In this document: piece after piece, positions 52,563 to 64,000 of the stretch
Numbering within the stretch: position 1 is the stretch's first letter
How the letters are laid out: each line of letters begins with the position of its first letter
Assembly (NCBI RefSeq): GCF_009834535.1
Contig: NC_045696.1
Span: forward strand, 83,454,001 to 83,518,000
DNA from: Camelus ferus
Lineage: Eukaryota
Direction: 5' to 3'
DNA length: 64,000 bases
Program-made: the position numbers and the translations under genes
Notes under the pieces: generated by a model
Databases searched by the model: none
Told to the model about the DNA's origin: nothing
Seen by the model: only the letters and a program-made list of their open reading frames with translations

Positions 52563-53774
52563 ATTTAGAGGGAAAATATTGGATTTCTGCTGCCAGTAGC
52601 CACTGTCGCTCTTAGCCAGCTCTGTCATAGCTGTGACAGAATTTAAGTTGGTACTCAGGCAATGCTACTAAGATAATTAGAACCTAAGGATTCTTTTCAG
52701 CATTTCTCCCCATAAATGAGCCGAATAAGGAATGAAGTCATTAGCTAACAAAGGATTTATGTAATTGCCACAATGCCCCCCCAAAAAACCTCCCTCAACC
52801 CACCCCTCATGTTAAGAATGAGTAACATTTTATTAAGTTAGAAAGAGTAAGATCCTGTGTCTCTGACATACCTGAATCGAAGCCAAGGAGACAAAACCAA
52901 ACCTTAGTCTGCAACCTCCCTTGGGAAATCTTTGTTCATTGTAATACTTGTTCAGTCAGCTGTCTGCCTGAATGACAAGGTTTTTATCTCTAATGTACGT
53001 GGCTTTGAAGGCTACTTGCATTATCCATTCCTCAGCGATTGCTGCTGAAACCACAACACTGCAAGCTGATAATTAAATCCAGCTGCCTCTACTATGAATT
53101 CAATCATATCAACATTAGCAGCAATCTTAGTGATTGTTGGTGGGTTTGTTTCTCCACTTCTAGACAACATAATTAACTTCACTAGCCTTACTAGATTAAA
53201 CAAAACTCAGGGCTAAAGAATACTATGAATTAAACTGCTATAAATACTATTCGCACAAAGGAATGCAGTTGGGTCACGAGGATACTGAATCAGAGACAAT
53301 GCATCGCTTACTTGTGTGTAGCCACCGGATCGAATACACGTTAACATTATGTTCAATCTATAGGTACAGTTTCAGATTTCTCTTGCAAAATCTCATGTTA
53401 ACCAACAATTTACCACTTATGAAAAATTAACTCCAGAATATGTAAACAAGACATAGTGCACAACTGTCAAACATGGAAATGTACCCACTAAAATGATAGT
53501 GTTTTCATAGCTTCTGACCTAACAATGCAAAAGAATATGTTCCACTGGACTTTAAAATAACCTGTCACAGTTCAAACATTTCAAGACCATCCGATTTGTA
53601 AATTGTGATGGCACCACAGAGCACCCAAAATGCACTTTAATATAAGCCCTTTAATTAGTACTTGGCATTATTAGCAAGGAAGTAATTTTCTTTTGTACTA
53701 AGTAATACTTTTACTTGCACAAGCACAGCAGCAGTTGCTTTATTTTTCACAGACTAAAAGTTCATTTGGAATGC

Positions 53775-54096
53775 TCTAGAGGGGAATTTGTTCCTGTGCT
53801 TTTTCCCACTTCTAGAGGCTGTCTGCATTCCTTGGCTAGTGGCCTCTTTTCCTCCATTTTCAAAGCCAGCAGCATAGTGTCTTCAGATTACTCTCTCTGA
53901 TCGCAGCTGGGAAAAGTTCTCCACTTTTAAAGATTTGTGTGATTAGATCACACCTACCTAAATAACCCAGGGTGATCTCCCCATCTCAAAGTCCTGAAAC
54001 TTCATCACATTTGCACTGTCCCTTCTGTAACAGATTCACTGGCTCCAGGGATCAGGATGCGACCATCTTTGGGGAGCCATTATTCTGCCTACCACA
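53775..54096 (-). mobile_element. MaLR LTR, MLT1D-like (partial)
   Basis: cttctagaggctgtctgcattccttggct...ttcaaagccagca...ttggggagccattattctgcctaccaca. Confidence 0.8.
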
Positions 54097-54854
54097 GGAA
54101 CTGCTTACTGAATTTTTACATCAAAAAAAATTATCAAAATCAAAGGCATATGTCCCTTGGTATAAGAATATTTACCTTTAAAAATTCAACATTCTTCTTC
54201 TTTTAATCACGTATTAGGAAAGAAAAAAAAGTATCCTTCCTAGGAAATACTGGCAATGATATTTAAAATACTTAATGCACAACTGAAACTAATTCAATGT
54301 CATAGAAGAAAGTGACAGAGAGAAACTGTAATGGTCGTCAGTGTATCCTGGACCAGCCCCACCGGACTGTCTACTTCAAATTCTTCTGCCGTTACAGGTA
54401 TTGTGAGCCTTAAGGATTTAGCCGCATAAACAGAATGTCGCCAATCTCAGGATGCTCGATGACACACTTTACATCTGATGATCACTCTCCTACCTATTTG
54501 AGACTATCCTATGACTTTACAAGTTGATTTTCATATTTCTTCACCCTCAGAAACGTATATGGTTTGTTACTGTGTATATATAATCAAGGTATGTGGAAAT
54601 GATGCTTTATTTAGGATGCCATTCGGTGGGAGGGGCCTTTGTCTGCCTACTCTGGACTCAGGGCCCTTAACTATGAATGTCAGGTTTTCATCCATCAGTT
54701 AACATATTTCTCCTTAGCAATTCCCAAAAGAGCTTGGTAAGGTCAAGAACAGACTGACTGAAAATAACTAAATCAATACTGAGCGATGAACTATCAGCAC
54801 TTTACTTAAATGGAGTACTCACCCACGATAATTAGAATTTATGCAAATATCATC

Positions 54855-55135
54855 CAGTAAATATTCACTGAGTGCTTCCTATGTGTAAGGCAGGATTCTG
54901 CGCACAGGGATCATCAGTGAACAACACAGGCAAAAATTCTACCCTTAAACAAGTTTCCATCGGTGAGGTAAATTGTCAATAAAACAGATGGACAGTACAT
55001 TAGACAATTTTAAATGCTAAGGAGAAAAGGGGGGAGCAGGGGAGTTGAGCAAGGGACAGGAAGTGAGCAGGGATTGGAGGTGATTTTAGATATGAAGGCA
55101 AGGGAAGGCCTCACAGAGAAAGTGAGAGTTCAGTG
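54855..55135 (-). mobile_element. L2 3' fragment
   Basis: aaatattcactgagtgcttcctatgtg...cagtgaacaacacaggcaaaa...agggaaggcctcacagagaaagtga. Confidence 0.7.
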
Positions 55136-56489
55136 TGGACTGACAGCCTCACTTCATTAAGCAGGACAAGCTCAGGGAAAACACTTCAGCCCGGGATCTG
55201 CTCTGACCCCTGTTCAGCTGTTGACACTCAGTCAGTGGTCACCTGCTGGTGTTCTTCTGAATCCCCATATTGTAACAAGTTCTGTGTTTACCGTGGCCCC
55301 TTGACGTCAGGGTGATTTGTATCTCCCATTCCCGAGACTTCTCCCTCCATGCTAATAGGTTTTCAAAGCTGAGGCTTTGAAGTCCTCTGTGTCTCAATAA
55401 CTCTGGCTATTTCTATATCTCTTTACCAAAACTTAGATATATACAAGCACATAGACATTTTAAGAAGAGGCACAACTCCTTTGAATCATGCATTTCAAAA
55501 TACTAACAGTCTTTTTCATTTCCTTTCTTGGCAATGGGAGGGTTTTGTTTTAAAAACATGGTGCCTGGCACATTCACCCTAAATCATAAGAATAGCCTCC
55601 ATTTCTGAATGGCAGCACATGAGATACAGCTGGAAATACCTGTTGAATAGGTGACCTCTCATGTACCAGGTATCTTATGTACCATACTCTAATCTTCACT
55701 TGAACCTTACAGAGTGGGATTTACAGTGCCCATTTTAACATGAGACAAAACTGGCTAAGAAAGGTTAAATCACCTCCCTAAGGTTACAGAGCCGATAAGC
55801 ATAAACAGGTGCTCTATCAACCTCTGAGTCCCCATCCCCAGCAAGGTGCATCTGGGGCTGATGGCTTCATCCAACCCAACCTCTCATCCTCCACTTCCAC
55901 ACCCACTCCAAAGGATGGTCACAGTACGCCTTATTCAGTCACAGAGTAGCTGTGGGATTAAAGCAGGCCCTCCTGCCTTCCTGGGTATTTTTTTGTGATC
56001 TAACTGATAACCTACACTATAATTGAATGTGAAATGGTAGCACATTAAGATGCAAAATAAAATGGGTGTTATTTGGGATTCTTTGAAAGTGAACCATTCT
56101 AGATTTTTAAAGGATTTCTAAATAGCTAAGTCTAAACTTTCATACCCTAAATGTATTTTTTAATGGAAATACTTCCAAAATATACTGTGAGTCATGTGCA
56201 AAATATACCAAGTCATGTATAAAGTATATGAAGTGAATGCTAGGTAATGTTTCTTTACTACTCAGGATCATCACTGGGTCATTAGTTATTCGCTACGTTC
56301 ACTATGTACTTGTAGATACAGATGCACATACAGTTGGTTGTCCTGTGAAGATAACGAGGTCTGGAAAAAGTCCACTCAATAAGGTGACTATCTGATTAAC
56401 TTGTCCCTTTCACATGAAGGCAGATGAAGAATGAACCTGGCTGCCAGGCATTATTCCCTTCTGCCAAATCAGTGATGATGGCAATGAGA

Positions 56490-56750
56490 TGAGGAGGATG
56501 ACAGCGTTTATTGGGGGCTTGCTACCTGTCAGGAACAGTATCCAGTAATTTATATAGATTCTTTCATTTAATCATTCAATAATCCTATCAGATAAGAACT
56601 GTTTCTCTTTTCATTTTATAGATGAAGAAACTAAGGTAGAGAGTATAAATAACTTTTCCCAAGTCACCAGCTGGAAATCTGCAGAACTCACTAAAAACTC
56701 ACACAGCCTAATTCCAGGACACCATTTTAACCAGTTCACTCTACTGTCCC
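56490..56750 (-). mobile_element. MIR SINE
   Basis: tcatttaatc...cattttatagatgaagaaactaagg...taacttttcccaagtcac. Confidence 0.75.
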
Positions 56751-56929
56751 AGATTAAAAGATGAAGCTGTCTTTCTACGGATGCTCACTTTCCCGAAAGT
56801 AATTCACTTATTCACTGTCGCCTTCTGTTTACCACCACTGAGAGCAGCAGAGGCCATCAGCTAATGTTGATTAGCTAATGCAGCCAATCAAGGACAAGCC
56901 CTTTGGGACCTGTACTCACCTCAAGAGAC

Positions 56930-57165
56930 TGAGTATATGGGTGAAGCGCCTGGATTCTGGTGCCAGGCTGCCTGTGAATCCAGGCTTTTCTACTTACTGG
57001 CTGTGTGACTTTGGGCCAGTTACATAACTACTCTGTGGTTCAGGTTTAAGAAGTGATATCGAGTATTGACTTCACAGAGACACCGCAAAGACTGGATATG
57101 CAGTTCACGTGTAAAGTGGTTTAAACAATGCCTGGCAAATATTAAGAATTCAGTAAATGAGTTAT
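56930..57165 (+). mobile_element. MIR SINE
   Basis: tgaatccaggc...cttactggctgtgtgactttgggccagttacataac...tgtaaagtggtttaaacaatgcctggca. Confidence 0.75.
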
Positions 57166-60100
57166 TAGTGTCTCTCACTGCACTAATGAGGAGGAAACAC
57201 TCTTGTCATTTAAAAAACTCATGCCATAATGTCATGGGAATAGTTTTCTCCATCAAATTCAGCAACTGGAAAATTCAAGCAGAACAGAAGGAAATCAGAG
57301 CACACCTTTATCAGGATCCCAGCAATCTGAGATCAAGTCTCCTTTGTCACTAACTTGGGTCAGACCTGGCACTCAGATGTGCCAGAAGACTGAGGTTTTC
57401 CATGAATTCGCCCTGACATCTTGGGGCATATGTGCCCACCTGGATACTAGAAAATGACCTAACATTCAACAAATTAGCATGTGTTTCTATTGATTAGTCT
57501 GTTCCCAGCCTTCTGTACCAACATGCCCGTTGTTCAAAATAGTTTATGAAATACACATTCTAAATCATTTCATTTTGGTGCAAAAATTTGTACTGTTAAC
57601 TATTTATAAAAGCTTTACCAAAACTAGTTACACCATTTTCTGAGTTATTATACAAAATACAGAGAAGCCACAGTCACAAAGAAACCATGAACTTTAAAGT
57701 GTCAAGTATATACTGTGAGGAGAGCAAAGACATGTCAGACATGATCTCAGGCTTAAAGAGTTCACATCCAGCTGGAAGGACAAGATTCAGACCACAAACA
57801 GACTACTGACCACAGCAGGGAGGAAATGCCAGATAGCAGACAAACAGGAAACGCCAGATAACAGACAAACAAGAAATGCTATAGGACTTGAGAGGTCAGA
57901 AAAGTAAGTTGGTGAAATATGAGTGAATTTCCAAGAAAAATCTGGACTAAGGCCTGAAAAGCTTACCACTTACAAACCCGAACTCATTCCCTAACTCCAA
58001 AATGCAATTTCTTTTTCACGTGTCCACTCCTGTTGACAGTCACTTTGTGGAATTCTGTGCTCAAAAGGCTCCTGAAGCCAAATGTGGACTCAGTGGGAAG
58101 GAGTTTTATAAATGGTATTAACATCTGCTGTGGGGAACAGAAGAGAGCCCAATTCTACCCTTTTCTGACCAGCTCTGCTTTCCTCCTACGTTCTGCTTTC
58201 TTCCTCCTATTCCTCCTTTGGGGTCACTATCTACTGATCTCTTTCTTCCCTCTCTTCCTCCTCTTTCCTTGGTGTCTCTCATTCTCAGTTCTTTCCAGAA
58301 AATCAACAAAACTATCTTTTTTTTTTTTTTGGTAAGTGAACCAACCTAACACTATGTCCCATTCAACCCTGAAGCTTCAACGTTCTCAGCAGTGTAAGTA
58401 GCTAGTTCCTCACCCTGGTTTTAAGATTTGAGAACAGAACCCAACTATTTATCATTGTGATCACCAGAGCGCCGACTACTTAGGTTTACTTAGGGTGGGT
58501 TCTCAATAACAGGAGAGGAGCATGAAGGTTGCTAATTCAGACACAGCAAATAGCCTGCACTATCGCCTGCCTCTCTCTGATCCACAGAATCCATCAAATG
58601 TGAGAGCAGGAAGAGAACTTAGAAATCAAGCTGAAGTTCTTCCTCATACGAAGGAGGATGATCATGCCCAGGAAACCAAGTGACTTTCCCAAGGAAAACA
58701 CAAAGATTCTACGACACAAACAGGGCTAGGGCTTAGAACCTCAAAACCCATGCTCTTTTGAATGCATGGCTCTAATCGCCCATCACATCTCCCACCAAAA
58801 CAAAAAACAAACAAAAAAAACAAACATTGTGTACCAGAAGATGTATCACCTTGCTGTTCTCTCCAGTCTGCATGCTCTCTTTCACTCATTTTGCCCAATA
58901 GCTTCCAGTAGGCTCCTGAAACGCATTTGTATATTTATAGGAGTTCATCTCTGAATGCTTCCTGAATTTCTAGCACATTTTCATCCAGGTGCTACATGTT
59001 ATATGTACCTACTTCTTGGTTCTTCAACATCTGGTATGAACCAGATTATACTAATGGTCAAAGAATTCTTCACTAAAGCCTGTGCTGTCTGCTCCAGTGC
59101 AGCAGGGCATGTTGACTTCCTGAGATCCATCAAACCCAGGTATTGCTGTTCTGTATATAAATGGTGGTGTAGCATTTCCATTGATTCATATCAGTGCTTC
59201 AAAGTAGTGTTTGCTGCACCTAGTTAATACTGACATTTGTTGGAGATTCCTGAAAATAATAAGAGGCACCATTTACTGGGTACTTACTACCTGCCAGGCT
59301 CTGAAGTGAGTACTACCCATACATTCTCTTATTTAATCCTTCAACAACCCTGAAACTAGGCATTGTTACCTCCATGTTATGGATGGGAACAAGTTAGAAA
59401 CAATCCAAAAAGTATGTGATCCCTCAGAGTGATTTTGTGACTGAAGACACAGATTCTCTAAACTCATTCAAATGAACTCATCTTAGAAAGATACCCTGCC
59501 TTGTCGACGCCATGTGCATTCTACTATGCTCCAAGTCACAGGTTAAAAAAAAACCAGCAGTCTTCTGCCTTACAGAACGTAGACTATATTCATTTCTAGC
59601 CAATGAGATACAAAGGATGTAACTGCCATGCAGTTCAGATAGATTTCCTGGGAAAAGGGTTTGATTTTTATGTCCTCAGTCCTCTTGTGACCAAAGAAAG
59701 CCAACAGATCACAGCGCAGCCTCATCGATGCTTCCGGGACTGTGCTAAAGGCTTCTCTTTGGCTGAAAGGCACTGGGCCAGACCACTGCGGAGCCTATGA
59801 CCCATCGGTTCATTAGTACTGGTTTCTGACTGCTCTAACTATCCCGGACAAATTTACATAATTACATGGCTGCTGAAGATATACTTGAAAAGCCTTCAAA
59901 GAAAACAGTTTACTCTCTATAAACATCAGTTTTCACACCTCAAAACCATTTCCTAGACCCTTTATTCCAAAGAAAAATTGCTTGAAAAATGTATACAGGA
60001 CACTTAAGTGGTTCTTGTTGAGGCTTGCAATGGGATGTTTATGCCTATTTATAAACTTTTGCCATCAGAAATCTTGTTGCCACTATGGGAATCTCACTCA

Positions 60101-61744
60101 GTTTGTCTCTTCCATTTTGCTCAGGAGAAAAATGCAAACTACCCTCTTCTCTGCTCCACTTTTACAAGGTTAGCTAGCACTTTGAGCCAGTAGCAATTGA
60201 AAGCTGGTAGCTAGAAAGTAATTTACTTCTTTGAGTCTGACTCTTCAGAGCCAGTACAATCTGAGCACATTTTTGCACCAAAGACATTAAGGGAGAATTC
60301 CTTTTCAAGTGGTTATTCTTGAATTCATTTACTTTTGACACACACAATGAAATCCCAATTCTCCTGCAGGCTGCAGTGCCTCTGTTTGCTATTTTGTGCA
60401 CTGTTTATCTCCCTACATCTTTGAATGAACAGCTGTAGAAGTTTCTGAAACTTGTGAGCGCTTCCTCAAGATGGCCTATTACCACCAGAACTTAGCTAGC
60501 TGATGATTTTTCAATCATCATTTTGCTGTTTCCTTTTTAGAAAGAGTGAAAAGTGGCAGAAGATCCTCAATTTTAAATCGGCTCCATAAAGCATTTGAAT
60601 CTGTGGCAAGTGCATGTTTGGGTAATAAAATTCCCGATAAATGGCATTAACTATGATTTATAATGTGATAAAAGCCTAAAACATCTTTTCAAATCTATAG
60701 AAGATATTCCTGCTGTCCAGGAGTCATTTTAAAAGCCATAGGCAAGAAAATTTGTATTGTCCAGTTAAACTATGGGATCTCTGACAAGGTGGATGGCAAG
60801 AGCTTTGTGGGACCAGAAACATAGTGGCGTCAACTGCGAAAACGAATTCACAGGGGCATCAAGTCTAAGACTAAGAGGCAGAAAAATGTTAAGATCATGG
60901 TTTCTTCTTTTGAGCCCCATCACCTACACACACACTAAATCTCAGGCAATTTATTTTATTGCTCCTTGCCTCCATCTTCTCATCTCTAAAACAAAAATGG
61001 TAATATAATGCTTCTTTCATAGAGCTGCTACGGGGAGTAAATGTACTCATATCTCAGTCTGTCCCTTCCATTTTGATTTGGAGAAAAATGCAAACTCCTC
61101 TCTTCTAAAATACTTATACTATCATATGGTATATACTAAACACCAAATGTATTTTAACTTTTATATATGAAATTGGAGGTCCCTAGAGGTTTATATTAAA
61201 ATGAACTATAGTGGTGGACTGGCCCTTTTATATCCGATCTTGTACTTATGCCTAGCACCCATCCATTTCAGTACTGAAAATATAAAGCCATTCAGCGTGA
61301 TTAATCAATCCTCTTGCAACTGCAACCAGCCTGAAGAAATACCTTTGAAGAACTACAAACAAAATTGGCAGACTCCCCCCACCATATCTTTGACTTTTTC
61401 AAATAAATCTCTCTCAGTTTCATCCTTTTCATTTCAAATGTTTTACCTTCAAAATATGTCTGTGTTCTTCTTGTTCTCAAATATAAAAGCATATTTGCTG
61501 TATTGGAAAAGTCACATTTTATGATAAAGCATATAGCAAGGCTAGATGATTTCTGCTATTTTAAACTGGCATCTTAGTACTTTAGAGAATCTGAATAATT
61601 ATAAACTGTCTTCAGCATTCACATTTTAACCTGAAAACTGTCAGCAAATAAAACAATAAATAGAAATTTTTAAAATACTTTAATTACAAAAATTTGGTAT
61701 GAATTTAAATTGCCAACAGTAACGAGCAAATGTTTTGTACTTAC

Positions 61745-61779
61745 GCCTCTTTGAAGAGAGGCCTCCTAAAGGGGCATAA
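61745..61779 (-). other. Candidate 35-nt cassette exon of an unidentified minus-strand transcript
   Basis: TTCTTTGTCTTCAG|TTATGCCCCTTTAGGAGGCCTCTCTTCAAAGAGGC|GTAAGT; two upstream TGCATG motifs. Confidence 0.35.
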
Positions 61780-64000
61780 CTGAAGACAAAGAATGCCACT
61801 AGGGTGGCCTGGGCAGAGATGCTTTCCAAAGGTTTATGCCTGCAGATATAGACATGCAATTCAACGCATGCAGGCATTTGTGAGCAACTATCAAGCAGGG
61901 GCATCCCGTAGACCAATCCCTGTTGCCCCCCCCCACCTCCCCCACCCATCCCTAGTCAAGCCGGCACAGGAAATGAAAATGTCTCCCCAAATATCAGTGT
62001 GCCAGAAGACATAATGAGAAAGAGGCACATCTAGACTATGAAACCACAACATCAAAGCAAATTTTTACTAAGAAGATTAGATAGGCAGATTTGCATCCAA
62101 CTAGTTTCAGTCTGAAATAAGCCAATGTGGAAAAAGATTTCATTTTCAAATGCCCATTACAATTTCATCTAAGTACCAAGATCACCTCTAGAGAGATACA
62201 AAAGAAGCGTAAGCCATAAACGCATATTCTCTTCCTTTAACCCAACAATTTCTCTCTAAAATCAGGAAAGAGAAATATGGCAAGCATCTGAGATTCTCAC
62301 TCTCATTTATTCAATAATAAATATATACTGAGTTCCTGCAATGGGAAGGAATCATACTGAATTATTGTTTAGCAATCCCCTAGATCCACATTTTAAAACT
62401 CAGTTCTATTCTGCTTAAATGTTTTCAGGTACAAGGAAGGTCAGATTGGTTTTCTTTAAAAGATTCTAGCTTAAAACTATCCATTATGACTGCTGTAATC
62501 CTGCAAGAATTATTAAAATGGAATCTTAATTCAACACATAGTAACTTCACAACTGCTGGCTACAGGGTTAGGAATTAGGCAAGAGAAACAGGTCAGGGCA
62601 GGTGGGAATGCCAACACAGGGAGTCAGTCATACTAGAGACGTAGGCAGGCTTCTGTAATTCTCTGAGTTACTAGAGCCAAGCACATAGTGTCAAAAAAGA
62701 CTGTTTTTCCTTTTGTGGGGGGAAAAAGTTGCAGAGTAGACAAAGAAACAAGAGAATGAAATTGGAAGTCTTCCGATGGCAAATTATTAATGCCTTCTCT
62801 TTCAGAAATTGCAAGCAGGCAGAAAAAGGTCTAACCTGAAGAGAAGGATCAAAGACTGAAATAAAAGCTTTGATGCCCAAGTTGCTCTGTAGCCCCAAAG
62901 CACTGTAAAGCCATGAATGCAGCTGGGAAGATTGTTAACTCCAAAAAAATTGTAGAATGAATTGGTTACTTAATCCCTGGGAGGATACGAGAGTAGGATT
63001 AGGTAGTGATTAATCGCTTCTGAAATTTAATAATGGCATTTAATTTGAAGCTAGGTATTTATATTTCTTTTGATTTTGCCCCACAGTTTGTACATCTTTA
63101 AAAATACATGCCAATGTTGGTGACTGATTGATCGAAATGTTTTATTTGAATAAAAAGTTTATTTCTCAAAAGATAACTTTACTGAGACTAAGCTACCTTT
63201 CCCAGAGAAAGCCCAGCAGGGCTGATCAGACAGCCACAGCCTTGCAGGACTGTTCATCCTGAGACAAGGACCCAAACGGCTGACAAAATGACTCAAAGAA
63301 AAAGAAATCAACTTTTGAGCCTAATTTTGCAGCCTCAAACTTAAAGCTCCACAACAGGCTAAACAAAATTCTTACTAATCTATTCATTCACTCATTCAAT
63401 AGGCACATTTAAAGCTCAATTTGTTTCAGGCACCTTGCTGGGGGCTAGATAAAAAGCCGCTAAGATTCAATCCTGGCCTCAAAGTCACTATGTAGAGACC
63501 ACAGAACTTTGGACTTTGAAGTGGACTTAAAGGTCATCTTTTCCTCTGACTTTGCAAGCTCCTTATGCTGATCCTACCACATGGTCATTCATAATCTAAA
63601 TGTACATCTTCAGCGAGAGGAAACTTACTACCTCCCTGGGCAGAAAGTTCCTTTTTCATTAAAAAAGAAAAAAAGTGTTTAAAAAAAAATAAAGTAGAGC
63701 TCAATATCATGCCCCAAAACAAATAAATAGACTGAAGTAGCCACTTTAAGCCTCTGAAGTTGGATTTCATGCATTTTCTTTTTGCTTAGCAAAAATGTTT
63801 GTGTAATTCAATAAGTGGCACACATACATTCTCTTTATTAATCATCAGGTATCCCAAAACTGTCTTTAACATAAAAGCCTGTTTAGAATCACAATATTGA
63901 GTCTCGACTACTGATTTCCATCTGGTTCCCACAAGTGGCATTTCACAACAAAGATAAATTGAAGCCAGAAGGACCATAATACAGTTTAAAGCCACTAGAA

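Noticed and set aside
1..64000. The roughly 60-130 aa ORFs as protein-coding genes
   Set aside because: Short, often starting at GTG/TTG, low-complexity or inside repeats; none resembles a host protein I recognise
1..64000. CRISPR array, operon or prokaryotic defence system
   Set aside because: Sequence is mammalian; no repeat-spacer array or gene-dense structure seen

Overview
Mammalian non-coding DNA, most likely from a camelid (two Vic-1-type tRNA-derived SINEs with target-site duplications, plus camelid-type L1 3' ends). It reads as the interior of a very long intron or an intergenic tract. I found no host protein-coding exon I can recognise, so no host gene is named. The ORFs I can interpret are remnants of L1 ORF2, ERV-L gag or L2; the rest look like chance ORFs. 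A large share of the window is transposable-element debris: L1M/L1MC/HAL1-like, L2, MIR, MaLR MLT1 LTRs, an ERV-L provirus remnant with a nested ERV1-like solo LTR, and hAT MITEs. Repeat family names come from my memory of consensus sequences, not from a search. The most interesting non-repeat signals are on the minus strand. There are several polypyrimidine-AG|GTAAG junctions that resemble recursive splice sites (best at 46798 and 29176), a CpG-retaining RFX X-box flanked by inverted CRE-like motifs just upstream of the best one, and a few candidate cassette, poison or micro exons. Two L1 copies have unusual structures. All functional readings are hypotheses; I cannot confirm a novel system from sequence alone.
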